Shown piece after piece: positions 29,201 to 44,200 of a stretch of DNA of 64,000 bases. The stretch is from Adineta vaga (lineage: Eukaryota > Animalia > Rotifera). How positions within the stretch are numbered: position 1 is the first letter of the stretch; the number at the start of each line of letters is the position of its first letter. A program made the position numbers and the translations under genes. A model generated the notes under the pieces. It had not been told where the DNA came from. It was given only the letters and a program-made list of their open reading frames with translations, and did not search any database. The stretch covers positions 7,626,001-7,690,000 of the forward strand of contig CP075495.1 in NCBI GenBank assembly GCA_021613535.1, in the 5' to 3' direction.

Positions 29201-32200
29201 AGGTTCGTTTCATTATTTTCATTTTGTTCGTATGAATTAAGATTCTCTTCAATTTCTTTAATATATTCATCAAAATCATCGATACTTTTCGATGTGTCAA
29301 CTGTTGCTAGTGGTGCTGTAAGACGATTTTTTTCTTGATCTATTAACCATTGACGTATTTGAGTTGTCATTACTTTTGGATAGTTATTGATTAGATTTGA
29401 TAATTCATTATTGTCTGTTCGAATATCATTTTCTGTATTAAAATGTGAAACAAAATTGACACGTAGTTGATCAATATGTTCCGTATCGATTAACATTTGT
29501 TTTAGTATCGATTGTCGAGTGATCAGTTCATCATGTACTATTAAAAAAAAAGAAGAAGAAAATAAACACGTAGACAAAGAAATATAAAACAGATATTATT
29601 ACATTGCTCCGGTAGATAAAATTTCACATTAGATTTTGTTTGATGTTGTTCATTAGAAGTATGTTGATCAATATTTGTTAAGAAAGTCTATTCAAAAGGA
29701 AGAACCATTAACTTTCTTTTTCTCTGATGTAGTTTTACTTTAATCTGATTTTGAAGTCGTTCGATTTCCTGACGATTGCCTAATTGGACCACAATGTTTA
29801 ATAATATTTTTGCTTCGTCAATTAATTTTTGTTGAGACTGTTGTTCCGATGATGTTGATGCTGTTTCGACAGCTGGAGAATCAGTGACTAAGAAGAAAAG
29901 TGACAATGTACAGCTACTCGATAATTATGCTGTAAGGATATAAAAACGGTGAACTATGGCTCTCTACTAAGGAGAAATATATAAGAGAAGAGAGAAGAAA
30001 GGTGCAGAAAGAAGAAAAAAAAGAGAGAATGAATGAATGAACAGTGAAGAACTTGAAATCATGTGCTCACTCAAGAGACATACAAAAAGAGAGAAAAAGC
30101 AAGATGATGATGATCATCATCATCATCATCAACTCACTTCAGGCGGTATATGTCTGTACTTCACAACGGTAACGAAGAACAAGAGACTACAAATTGCGTC
30201 AGGCGACGCGTCAATGAAGATGTTGTGCACGATATATATGAATATGTATATCTATAGTCATGTTTATTATTATGTGAGTTGTAACTAATTAGAATGAACT
30301 TAGTGAAAAAAAATGAATTCTCATTATCAATCTTGTCCGTATAATCACGTATCAGATTTTATGATGTAATTAACAATATTTCTATTGATTTCAATCTTTT
30401 CGTTTTTGCATTTAAACAAGCATGTACGGATGTGTTTATCTATGAGATCGTTTTAATAGTGATGATTCAGTCATAGACACGAACATCTATCTGATGAGAC
30501 AAATAATAGAAGAAAAAAAAAGATAACTTAGCGTTCGATTTCTTCTATTAAACAACGAAACATCGGATACGAAAAGAAATACTAAAGACAAGATGCGAGA
30601 GAAATTTAATTATATCTTTGTCTCGATTTTTCTCATGTGTCATGTCTAGGCTTTATCTATCTATCTCTCTCTCTCTCTATATATATATATGTGTTATTCA
30701 TAAATTTCTTTTAGTGATTATTATTAGTACTTCTTGTCGAGATGAGAAATAGAATGAATTAAGTTAACATGCAATCGATAGAGAAATAACTGTTAGTTCT
30801 AATGATAATATACATGGAAATGTTCTTCGTTGTTATAGTTATTTAGATAAAGAACATTAAAAAAAGGAGAAGAAATTTACTTTGCGATGTTAATTGATTC
30901 CACATTTGAATTAAATTTTCAATTTTATCTTTAACACCATGATCATTTAATTGACTGCATTTAATTAACTCATCAAAATGTTGTTTTCGTTCGTTTAAAG
31001 CTAATTGTATTGACTTTAAAAAAAACGAAAGAGATATATTTCAATGAATTTCATAGAATGAAATTTTACTTGACTGTCAATAGTTTTCGAATCATTAATA
31101 AATTTTGTTAACCAATTAATCAATGAATCTAACTCGACAAGAAATCCACGTTGTTGTTCAATACGATTTTCTAACTGAATACGTGCTGTTGTGACGCACT
31201 TTGCAATCTACGAATAAGTGATAAAAATAAGAATAGTAATAAGAAAAAAAGACAAAGTATCACGTACTTCTGTCAATTCATCAGCTAACGAACGAGTTAC
31301 TTCGCTTGTTATCATCTGATCATTTTGTTTTAATCGACAGTTTTCATCGAGTAAACTTTTTAATCGATTGATTTCATGCTCACAGTCCTTGAATGAATCG
31401 AAAAAGAGAAAAGAAAAGATAGATTCATTCTGTTTTTTCTTCTTTCGTGTAAGTTTTATCAAACAAACTTTGAGTTGACAGAGAAGATTATGATTGGTCA
31501 GATCATTATCGGATGTATTAAATGATCCGTGAAGACTTTTTTCACCATCAATCATATTCTGACTGTCTATCATCAAATGTTCTTGTTGATGGATTAATTC
31601 TTTAGCTAATGTAAGCCAACTTTCGATATAGTGAACGAGATTTTCATTCTGTTGTGATAAACGATCTTCATCTTTAGTTCGTTCAGGTGATGCAAAACGG
31701 GATGCATGCCTAAAGGTAAAACATACAAAACCATTTGGAATACATTTTGTCATTATATAAATATATTAGCTTCAGGGATAAACAGATAGAAATGAGTATT
31801 TAGAAATGAGAAAAGAGATAAAGAAGATAAAATCACCTTTCTTTGAGTGTATTTAATCCTTCAATAAGAATTGCCCATTGTTCCTTAACATCAGTTATTT
31901 CACTTGCCATTTTGGCTGCATGTTCATCAGGTAAATCAGCAACCATCGTTCGATTTAAGACAGTTGCACGTTCTAATAATGTTTTATATTTGCTTAACTC
32001 ATCGAGATTCTAATCGAATAGAAATAAAAACAAAAGTGAGTATTTTTAATGCGACAAAGATAATTATAGGTCATTATGTTATAATTCAATTGTGATGATC
32101 GATTAAATTTCTACTAACATCGATTTCAAGTGAAAAGTTTAAATTCACTTTTCTTCATAAAATAAACATTATAACATACTTTGATGATCAATGATGCTCG

Positions 32201-35200
32201 TTGTTTATTAACTGATTGTAACACTTCATGGATATTAGCATTTGTCGTTGACAACCATAGAGACAGACGTTCAATATATTGTTTATATTCAACGAATGGA
32301 CGTGTATCAGCCATGGTAAGACTATAATGTTTTTTATAATCGTCACATAAACGTGAATATTCGTTTGATAAACGTTCGACAAGTGATGAGGTCGAACCAA
32401 GTTGTTTGGCGGTGTGAACGGCTGGGGCAAGGCTATTAATAGCGTCTTTGATAGCCTAGAAAATATTGATTGAATACATATATCAATTTGATTGACAAGC
32501 TTGTTGTTTTATGACAATTCTACTAGTGTTGAAGGTTTTTCTGTTACTTTATTCATTACTCACTCTATTAGATGAACGATTTTTCTTGTTCTTATTATAG
32601 AACTTTTCCTGTCTCTATTATCCTAAGGGTTGTCAAGAAAGAAGAAAAGAAGAAGAAGAAAAAGAAAATGAGTTATGAAAAGCTCTTCTTCTCGTCTTCT
32701 TTGACTAGAACACACAATGGCTACTGTTTTTACTTTCTATATATATATATATATACATTATATAGATGTGTATATGTTTGATGAGTAATCAAGTGTAGGA
32801 AAAAGAGAAAGTTCCGAGCTATTACGGAACATACAAAGATGACTAAATAGTTCTAATAGTTGCAATATATGAATGTTAGATTCATTAGAGGTGAAAAAGA
32901 ATACAAAAAAAGTTTTCCGTTTTTTTATCCTGTTCTCTCCGTTTAATTAGACGTATACATATTCATATGAAGTATAAGTCAATGATGAAATTGTTTCTTT
33001 AAAAAGAAAATCTTTCTTTCTTTGTTCTATTCAATTAGAATTTCTATTCATTTAGAGTTATTCAGAAGTAAAACTTGTACAATAAAATGTAGATAATGAT
33101 GTATTAAATTAGAATGTAAACATTTGCTTTATAAAAGAAAATATCGAATACATGAAGGCAACAATTTCAATTAACATTTTCCTTATGTAATATCGAAGAT
33201 ATAGTCTATAGAAGAAGCGATTGTAATCTGAGTATAGCACGATTTGATTTTGTCAAGGTTTGAAGGTGAATGAAGAATCTGATCAAAGTGAATATATGTA
33301 TATCTTACTTGAAGTTTAGTTGTTAAATCATTATTTTCATCGGTTAATTCTTTCTGATTTGTTAAAATGGATAGGTGTTTACTTAATGTTGATATGGATG
33401 ATAATAATTTCTGGACACAATGAGTGAAATCAGCAGGTATTTTCTCGTCTTGCTCTGTAGGCGATGACATTGAGAAGAAGTTTTAGTATCGAGGAAAAGT
33501 CTGAGGACAGACAATGTGATGATGAATTTGTATGTTAGCTTGATGAGAACAATACAAGACAGCGATAACAAGAAAAAGATATGAGATAGAAAAGAGACGA
33601 AAGAAAGGCAAATCTAGTAACGTCTAATTGTCGCCTATGTCAATAGTGTATGAAGGATGACTGCGAAATAAACAGACGAGCTAAATCAGATACTCGATCG
33701 AAATCATCAGGGTCGTTATTCGCATGTGTATGAGAAGGAAAGAACGTGTAAAGAAATAGTTAATTGTTTTGATGGTAATAGCAATGGCTGTGTATATGTT
33801 GATTTGATCAGTTTTTCCCTTTACTCTTATTCTCTATGTCTCTGTGTCTCTCTCTCTCTCTCGATATATATGTATATGTCTCTATCTGTCTTAGTCGGTC
33901 GGAGGTAACGATGATAGGGGGGAAAAAAAGCAAGGACGGCATTGCATATCGTTGATGCTTCTTCGCATTCCTTCTCTATTTCTTTTCTTCCGTTTTTTTA
34001 TCTTTCTTCTATGCAGATGTATAAAAGACCAAATTTATGTACAATCGATCTGTTCGTATTCCCATTGCCATCACTGACAGAGAGAAATGACTATTTTTCT
34101 ATAATAAACAAAACGACATATGCATCGCAGTCGGCGTCGCCATCATTGCTGATGTTGTTGTCTATATCTTCTAGCGATGAAATACTAATTCATATTAATA
34201 TGAGATATATACTGATAACCTCAATTTATATCCATAAAGTTTTCTTATAGCAAATACTTATATATTTATTAAAAGAAAAAAAAAGAAAGAGATGAGAAAA
34301 GATTTTGAAAAAGAAAACGACACAAATTGTACTAGGAAAATGTGCGAACGAGAGACATGATTTTGAAATAGAAAAGAAATAAAGACAGATGCAAAAAAAG
34401 TATATATTTCTTTCGTTAAAACACTGCGCATTGGTACCGACATTGAAAAGAAATCAATCGGAAGAAAAAAACAAAAGATGAAGAAAAAGAAAAAGAGAAA
34501 AGCGCACGTATACACACAGCAAACAATGTTTCATTTTTCTACTAATAGAATATAGGTAGGATTAACTCTCTTTTTTGCTATATATATATATATCAACATG
34601 GGAGTTTTGTTTGCATCTTAATTGGCGATACGTGTTGGATGTCGGCCAACATTTTGTGGTGAATAAGTTTGTGGTTCAAAGCATTGTTGACGATATGTGC
34701 CACCACCAGCAGCAGCAGCACTACTACTTCCTTGTTGTTCACTATGAAAATAAGATGGATTTTCTTCTTGATTACTAATATTCATTTGTCGAAAACTATT
34801 CGATGAAGCAAGTGTAGCATTTGTATTCGAATTTTCATATCGAACAGGTATCGATCGATTTAATGTTTGAGTTTGACCACTAGCACTTGCTGAACGTACT
34901 TGTTGTTGTTGTGTTTGACCACTAGATTCTTGATGTTGTTGTCTATGAGATTCACCACGTGATGTACTTCGTTCAGCAACATGTTTGTCAATAATACGTT
35001 CACGATAAGTCATCGGTTGTTGTGGATAAAAATTGGGTGGTGGAGGTGGCTGTGGTAATAGATTTTGTTGTAATGGAAAACCACCATTTGGCATACTAGC
35101 TGATTTTGATATTGAATTTTGATAGTTATCTTGATAGCCTTGTTGATTCGATGATTGTTTTGTATATTGAACATTGGAACGTTCATATGAACGATAACGT

Positions 35201-38200
35201 GGTTGTAAAATAGGTGATGATGGTGCGCTTAATGTACGATGATCAATAGCTTTCAAACTACGTACACGTAATAATGGTTGTAATTGATATTCTTCATGAG
35301 ATGGAATATAACGTGTATTATCATCCATTTTATAACGTTCAAGTGAATGTACTGTTTTACGATATTTAGCATTATGATGCGGTGCTGGTTCACTTATAAC
35401 TGAACGTGCATCATCAATATCAAAAATAAAATCGGAATCGAATTCCTAGAATAGAAAAACAAATAAGAAAATTTGTTGCTAGGTTTTTTTTTCTTCATCT
35501 GATAAGAATTTTCTCAAGAGACTCATAAATCTATAAGCACTGACAATGATAACTGATTTGATAATCGACGGTCTCAGTTAATACAATTTTGAATAATGAT
35601 GATAATACCACCATGGTTATTATAAATGAAATTATCCATTAACTAGCGTACTAAACGCTATGTACAAGAAGAACGAAGTCTCAAGAAATACACATATCCG
35701 AAAACAAATTCCAGGATATATGTTCACAAAGCAAAAAAATCGTTTTTGTATTTCGAACTAATTCGCTCACAAAGAACGATTTAATTGATTAAAAATACCA
35801 GAGAATTATAACTTTAAAAGATCAACTCCAAATTTAATTTCCATAAGCATTCAACATTAAATAATTAACCAAATAAAATATAATGAAATAATTATCTATC
35901 ATCATTGACCGATCGATTTCTTTTTTTCTTCCTCATCATCAAATTAAGAATTTTCTATTACTTATGATAGTTACATACCCGTTCGTTTGGTACTGTTCTC
36001 TCTGCTGTACGAATATGTTGTTCATATCGTTCATTATATCGAAAAACTTCATCACCATTTTGATGATATTCTGAACGAGTTTTGAGACTTTCCAAACAAT
36101 CCTATTTAATTATCGAAAGAAAAGAATCAATTTATTTTTCTATTTTCTTTTCAATTAAATGATTTTACTCGAAGTCGATTGATTTTTTCTCGTATTCGAC
36201 GTGCTTGTTCAACATCAGTTTTTTCAATAATATAAGCTCGTTCTTCTGTTTCACGTATGATTTTTTCAATTTCTTCATATTCTGGCCGATCACGAACCGT
36301 TCGATCCTAAAATCAGAAATATTATACATATAGTTGTATGCGATAAAGCAACTATCCAAAACGATTCGAGCAAAAAATATTCGTGCGCAGAGCAATCCAC
36401 ATGCGACGAAGCAAAGAATGAATAAGTTAAGAAAGAAAAGAAAAAGAAATATGAAGTCATACTCGTCTAGATAATCTCCGATGTTTCATATCAGAATCTT
36501 CATCACTATCTTCTTGATTTTCATATAAACGTTCGATTAATTTCATATAAGCCAAACAACGTAAATATTTTTTCTTAAAATCCTCATCAATAACGCCATT
36601 TGTTGTACTTATATCTGATGATTCCGATGGTGAACGATGATGTGTTTTACGTTCTGTACGATTGTATCGTTTTTCTGAATAAAATTCTCGGCGAACACCA
36701 TCAGATTGATCATCTGGAATATTATTAGCAGTTGATGTTGTTGTTGTTGTCGATGTTTGCTGTTGTTGTTGCTGCTGATGATGTTGTTGTTGTTCTTGAG
36801 TACGTTTCTCCTGTGTTTCCTGCAAGAATTATGTTGCGTGGTGGATACGGGGGAAACAATGCGAAATATCTATCTAACTAAATTTTCTATTCTACTAAAC
36901 TAGTTATCATTAAAACCAATAACCATACTACTACCGAGCAATAACAAAAAAAGAACCCGTTTATCTACAGAACAAAAACCAACCTGAATAATCTGAATAC
37001 GACGTTGTAATTCTTCAAATTTTCGTGTAATCGTTTCAATATCAGGACCAACAAGTCGACTGTATTTTTCACTTTTTGATACAAGATCTTGACCAAGATT
37101 GAGAATTTCATCAAGTTGTATTCTGACACTACGTAATTCTTCTTGAACTTGCTAAAAATATAAAGAAATTGTAGGTCGCTTTATTGATGATTTTCTTTTT
37201 GCTACGAACCGATATTCTTGTTAGATCAAGAACACGTTCGGCATCTAATAGAAGTGATTCAAGTTTATCCAAACGTATCAAGATGTTTTGATATATATGA
37301 GTAAATCGTTGATAATCATCTTCAAGCCTTCGTACTTGATCCTGGAAATAGAAAGGTAAAAGATTTTATTTCGTTATTATTATTATTATTATTATCATTA
37401 TTAGTTTAGATTTCTTTCAAGAAAATTATTTATAGAATATCGATGATAACTACCTTGCGTAAACCGATCGGATAGATAATATATTCAATAGGAGAAAGAG
37501 TTGTTGATGACGATGCTGAAATACCTGATGATGAATCATATCCCGATTCAAATGGAATATAAAGTAAATTATGATAACGACGTGATGGTTCAGAAAGTGA
37601 TGACGTCGAACGTTTGACGCCAGTCCTCATTCTGTCCTCGTCGTTTCGATATTCTGAAGACGACAATAGATATAATAACGATATCAATTATAAATAGGAC
37701 GAGAAAAGGGTAGAAGCGAAGACAAAAAAGATCCTGATGGGAATATATACAAAAAGGAAAATAGTGTATAATAGATGATTTGGCTTAGTAACACCTATTT
37801 ATCAATTGTCCTCATCTTTCTTCATTGTCGTTAGGTGATGATAGCTAGAGAGAAATAGAGAAAGAAAAAGATTTAGCCAACCGATCACAAGGAGAAAAGA
37901 TAGTTACAGTATGCGTTCACATATAAAGTCAAGAGAGACAGGGGGTGATTGATGATGATCAAGCAAACAAGTTCGACCATTCTGTATAAACATTGGATAA
38001 AGAACGTTACTGTTGTTACTAGCATTTTTTGCTTTTTCTTCATTCAACTAGTCTTCCTATTAAATCAATGTTCGCTTGTTGACATGCACAGTATGTGAGT
38101 AGGAGTTTGGGAAATATCAGATGTAATTAGCAGAAAGGAGCCAAGGTTGAATCACTATTTATCGTTGTACGAAAGAGAAGAAAAGAAGACGGGAAAGAGA

Positions 38201-41200
38201 GAGAGAGAAAAATGCAAGTCTCTATCGATTTTTTTCTTTCATGATAATATGTTAGAGAATGTATCGATGATATATACGAAGAAGATGTGTATAGCAATGT
38301 CAGTCACGAAACAAGACAGTAATATTTTTGGCAAGTAGGAAAAGGAGTCGATGTGTTTTTTTTGTTGTTTTCTATGTTGGCACTAATGGATATGAGTCGA
38401 GGAGAAACAGGGAGAAAAAAGTCTAATCAATGGAAGGAAAAAAGGAATCATAGCAAAATGAGTATACGGTAAAGAAGAAGAAGAAGAAGTAGCAGCAGCA
38501 CATCGATGGCGTAGAATTGGTACAAAGAAAATGCGATGACTCCTTTTAGATAACACAACGAATCGTCTGCTCTAGTTATGCTCTTCGTTCGTCAATGAGT
38601 GACGTACATATGTAAAGAAACAAGACGAGTCTCTCTATATTTTGTTCTATGTTTGATTATATCAAAAGCATTGATCTCTGTCGATAGACAAGCGAATGTT
38701 AGCAGTACATCTCTCGGTTTGCCACTTTCATCAATAGATTATTCAATATATATATATCCTATTGATCAGATACTTTATATTTCTGATAGAAAATGTTCTT
38801 GATCATAAATATCAATTGATAAAGAAAAAAAAACAATGCCATTATCGGCCATTCATATCATTTTGTCTAATGAGGAGTTTATATAGTTTCTGTGATTCGG
38901 TCAACTGAATAATGACGATGTCATCAAAAAAACAAAATCTATTTATATAGAAAACACATGGCTCGCACTTGTTCATATTACATCAATATGTGCTATCTAA
39001 ATTGCTGACAACGGGTAGGTTATATCATCGATATGCAATTATTTTACCGAAGGTTAAATATTAAACTATCAAATATCAAATGAAGACAATTTACTCATGA
39101 TTTCTCTCTCTCCCTTTCTTACCTCGACAATGCCTGATCGATCTCGAAGTCGTCGATCTAATTGATCCACTTGTCGTCGCAATTCAGAGATTTTCTCTTG
39201 GAGATTAGGTAGATGTCTTTCAGTTTCTTTTTGAATTGAACGTTCTAGATTTCTTAAACTTTCAAACGGTGCTTCTAATTTTTTAATCATATTTCTTGTT
39301 GTCTATATTAACAAACAAAAAAGAATACTAATTTTCCAAAATTATTCATCATAAATAACTTACTCGAATCCAATCAACTTCTTCTTTATTATTTTTTGAT
39401 ACTTCTTTATTTTCAATTTTACGAATTTCATGATCTGCTTTAATATACCATTCTTGAATATTAGTATATTCTTTACGAAATTTTCGTAGTTGACGTTCAA
39501 CACTATCCAATTGACTTTTCGAAGTTGAGATCTAAAAATAATAATATATATTTGTCAATAGCAAAAATCTTTGAACATATATTATTTTTAATCATACTTT
39601 AACTCCAAGATTATTATATGTCGTTTTCAATTGATCAATTTGTCGTGTCAATTCATGTGATTCATCAGTTTGTCCTTTTTCAACAATGCCACGTCCAATA
39701 CGAATGACATATTCCACTTCAGATTTAATATCAGATAGAATTTTATAGAATTTCTATATGAAGAAAATATATGATGGGTTTGAATAAAGATTTTATCTAA
39801 CAATTTAGAAACTCACCAAGCAATGTTCTAATTGATTATGAACAACATCAGCATCATCGGAACGTATTTCAAGTGTATGAAGATTTTGCTCAACGTCATG
39901 TAAAACTTGTCGTACTCGTGTATATTTTGGTTCGAAATCAGATGGTTTTTGAAATTGTCGAAATTTATTTTGTAATTGCGTAAATTGAGTCTAAAAATCA
40001 AACAAACATCAAATATAGTCTATGATAGACAGCATCTTCGAGAATATATTCGGAGAAAATTCCTAATATCGTTTTCATAGATTCTATTCACCATTCATCA
40101 TCGAGACTAATGTTTGAAATCTATTGTACAATCAAATAAATCGAGAAAAAAGTCATTTTCAACAAAAATGTGTTTAGTTAAATCATTAATCAGTGATTCT
40201 ATTGATATTTCAAACAACATAACTATATATTTTTATTGAAAACTTCCGTCTGTTTTTTTTTCTTCTTCGTTTGATGAGAGAATGCTGCTAACATCAACAA
40301 AAAATGTTAAATGTCACATACATATATTTCTCAATTGATTATCTGTCTATATGTATGTACGTAGAAATAGCAAATATTCTTTGATGTATCTTATTTCGTT
40401 TAGAAGAGAAAAAGAAAAGGTAAATGAAACTGTAGAAATGCATTAGAAAAAGAATCTATAAAAATTTCAATATTTACTTTTAATGTATGAAATTGTTGTT
40501 CAAGTCTTCGTGCAGCTTCAGTTTTTCCAACACTACGTAATGTATGAATTTTATCTTCAATCGTACGTAAAAATGCTTCATATTGATTGAATTCACTAAT
40601 CAATTTCTATTGAATAAAACAATTGTATAAGAAACATGATGTATATCGTTCAACTTACTTCTGCTTCACCTGGTACATCATCGGCATATACATCTTCTCT
40701 CAGTCGAGTATTAAGTATATGATCAGTATGTCTAATCCATTCGAACATAGCAGAAATTTGATGACCTAATTGTTGATGATCAGATACTTGAGAATTTAAT
40801 GAATGAATTCGTTTGATTGCCTAGAAGAAGAAGAAAAATAGTTGAAGATGTTTATTTATTTTTCGTGAGAAAACTTTTTACATCTTCATGTAATTGTTCC
40901 CAACGAATATGAAATTGATTTATTTGACTATTAATCGATGGTAAAGATATTTTCATTAATTGTAAACGATCAGATATTTCAATGATTTTTTCATAATTCA
41001 TTTTTGAATGAGATTTAACAAAACGTTCAAGATTCTAAAAATAATTGAAAAAGAAAGAATAGTTTGACTTTTGAAAATGAAATGATTAGTTACATCAAGT
41101 TCTTCAGATGTTTCTTCAGCATCAGTACTTGTATTAGATGTTGAATAGATTCGATTTTGTAATGAATCAAGCCATATATTTTCTCGAGTAAGTAAATCTA

Positions 41201-44200
41201 GAAAGAGATTTCAAATCAGAAATACATTCTTCTTCTTCTTCTTCTTTCTTAAATACCTTTCAATTCTTCATGTAATTTATAAGCATCCGAATAGAATGTT
41301 ACTTTTGTATCGACTTTCTTTTGTAAAGTTGACCAATTTGAAATTAGTGTATCCAATTGTTGAGCTAATTCAGGTGATGACGATTGATTTAAATCTTGTC
41401 GAGTTTGATCTACTAGTGTTCGAACGGTATATTCTTTAAGATTCAATTCCGTTTGAAGTCTCTATCAATGAAATAATGAATAGAAATACATTTTGTCTAG
41501 AGGGGAAATTTTACTTGATATTGTTCTAATCTTTCCCGAAGTTGATCTTGATGAAATATTAAACCATCATCGATGAAAGATGCACGTTCACGATCAAGAA
41601 TCCAATCATCTAATTCACGAACTTCTTCTTGCAAAACTTTATTACGTTTTAAAGTATCCTAAAAAGTAAAATTGATCTATTCGTTTATTGTCATTCTTTT
41701 ATGAAAGATAATCAATCAGAAAATGTAGATATATTTTCGAAAAATAGATCTTCTTTCAATCAAATAGATGAAATTACATTCGATTCAATAGCCTTCATTG
41801 TAATGTAATCCAAGAGTTTATATTTAGATCTTTATTTTGATTACACAAACCTGAATATTTTGTGAATAAACTTTTGTTGAACTAACAATATGACTCCAAC
41901 TTTCATTTAAATGATTCATTTCATCTCGTAAACGTCGTGCTAAATTTTCATCAGCATCTTGAGTTAAATCGATAACATCTTTATTTAAACGATTAATGAT
42001 AACTTGCATTTCACGTATTTCATGTTGAAGAACCTAAAATCAATCAAAAGTATTTTTTTCATGTCGTTCTATTGAACGAAAAATTGATATTTACTTGATT
42101 TCGACCTAATTGATTTTCTAATCCACGTGAACTTGTATCACTTGATGCTAAACGTGGTTGAGCATTACGTATCCAAAGTTTAACTTCTTCGATTCCACTC
42201 TAACAAATAGTTAAATCATATTCGTTTTATTCTAAATTCGTGTTTTTCAACTATCTTACTTCAAAATCACTTAATGTTTTATCTAATCTATTATATTTAG
42301 CTAAACGTTCACTGAGAAACATTTTAATATCATATAAACGTTCCTGATAATTAGTTAATTCTCCTTGTAAACGTCGACTAACATCAAGAGTTAATTTGGA
42401 ATAATATTCACGTGCAGTTTCATTTAAGATTTCTAAATTATGTTCTTGTTCAAATGTTTGATCGAGTAAATCTTTGTAAACTTTCTTTTTAGCATTTGTT
42501 GCGTGAATATCAAGAATACGAACTTTATCATTTAATAATGATTGTTCAACATGTTCAAGCCAGAGACGTAATTTCGTTTGAATATCAATAAATGTTGATG
42601 GTAATGATGATAAATTGCCCGTACCTGATGATGTTATTTGTTCTAGAGAAGAAGAAAAGCAAATGTTGTCAATTTGCTATTTTCTGAAGGAATTGTATGC
42701 GTTAATCGTATTTAGATAAAGAACAATAACATCAATATGGAAAACAAGCCTCCTTAGAGAAATTGACGAATGTCAAATAAATAAATCATTAACTCAAAAA
42801 ACATTGTACAGGTTAACAATGAATGTCCTCAAAAGAAGAAAAAAAAGACTAATGATAATTGTTAGCTTACCATGAACATATTTCGAAGATGATGATGATG
42901 ATGGACCTGTTGTTTCATAATGATTTGGGTAATTTCCATTTTGATCATATTCATATGTATCCGTAGCACTTGTACGTATTTTTCGTGTGTACGATTTTGT
43001 TTGTGTTTCACGATAATGTCTTTGATATTCAGTATCTTGTTCAGATGATGGTTGATTAAATACTTCTACAAATGATTTGACACGATATTTATCATCAGAT
43101 AGACCATGAGTAGAATTCGCATCACTACCACCAAATGTGTAAATATTTGTTAAAGTAAAAACACTACCATTTTCACCAATAGATGGACCTAAATTAGTTG
43201 TACCTGCTGTCGTTGTTGATGATATTGAATGTTCATTCATTTCAGCACGATTAGGACTTGCTGGAACAGATGATGATGATGATGATACACCCGTTTGACG
43301 AAACGATGTTACATTAGAAGTCGTAGTTCCAGATGATTGTTGTTGCATATGTTCAATAGGAATGCTTCGTTCTCCTATAATCAGATAAACATAGATCGAT
43401 GAAGATAAAAAACAAGTCAAGGGTAAAGATAATACTTGATAGCTAGAACTGACTATTCTATAACACGTACTCGAATAATTAGCAAAAGAAAATATATTAT
43501 AGAGATGTATCTATGCATCAAGGCATATAAAAAAAAGAAATAACAAGTCGAGTCTAGTAGAAGAAGAAAACAGCTAGGGAGTAAAAGTATACGATCCAAT
43601 ATGGAACTGCCATGAAGTATTATCCTAGAGTTGTTTCATAAATAAAACAAAGAATTGCTCGTTCTTTAGACCACCTCCAATTCCGCCTGCGACTTTTTCT
43701 CTTAAGTCAACCTAGTGACGCAGCTGCACGCCGTCGTCATCAAGACAACACATAGGAGAGTATGTATATACGTTCGTATTGAAGAGTGACACATCGTGCA
43801 ACAGATGAGATGAAGACCGAGCGAAAGAAAGCTCTTTCTCTCCTTCTCGCTTTTTTCTTTCTTTCTTCTACTTGTTCGCTTGCTAGGACAGGGTAAAATT
43901 CGAGTAGCATCGTTCGCACATAAAGACATATTACACATGTAGACAGTGCGACAACAAACCTAAATTTACTAACGACAATCCCACTCGCCTGTTCGCTTGT
44001 CTTATTATATTTGTTCTTTTTTTTCCTACATCGTTGTCGCACTACCCGCTATACAAGCCTGTACAATGGCGATAATTCCGACCATGACATTGACGATATA
44101 TACATATATGAATCGTATACGATTCATATCTTTTGATCAGTTTCATACGTTCAATATCGAACAATATCATTAATATCAGTTCTTTTATCCAATCACGACT

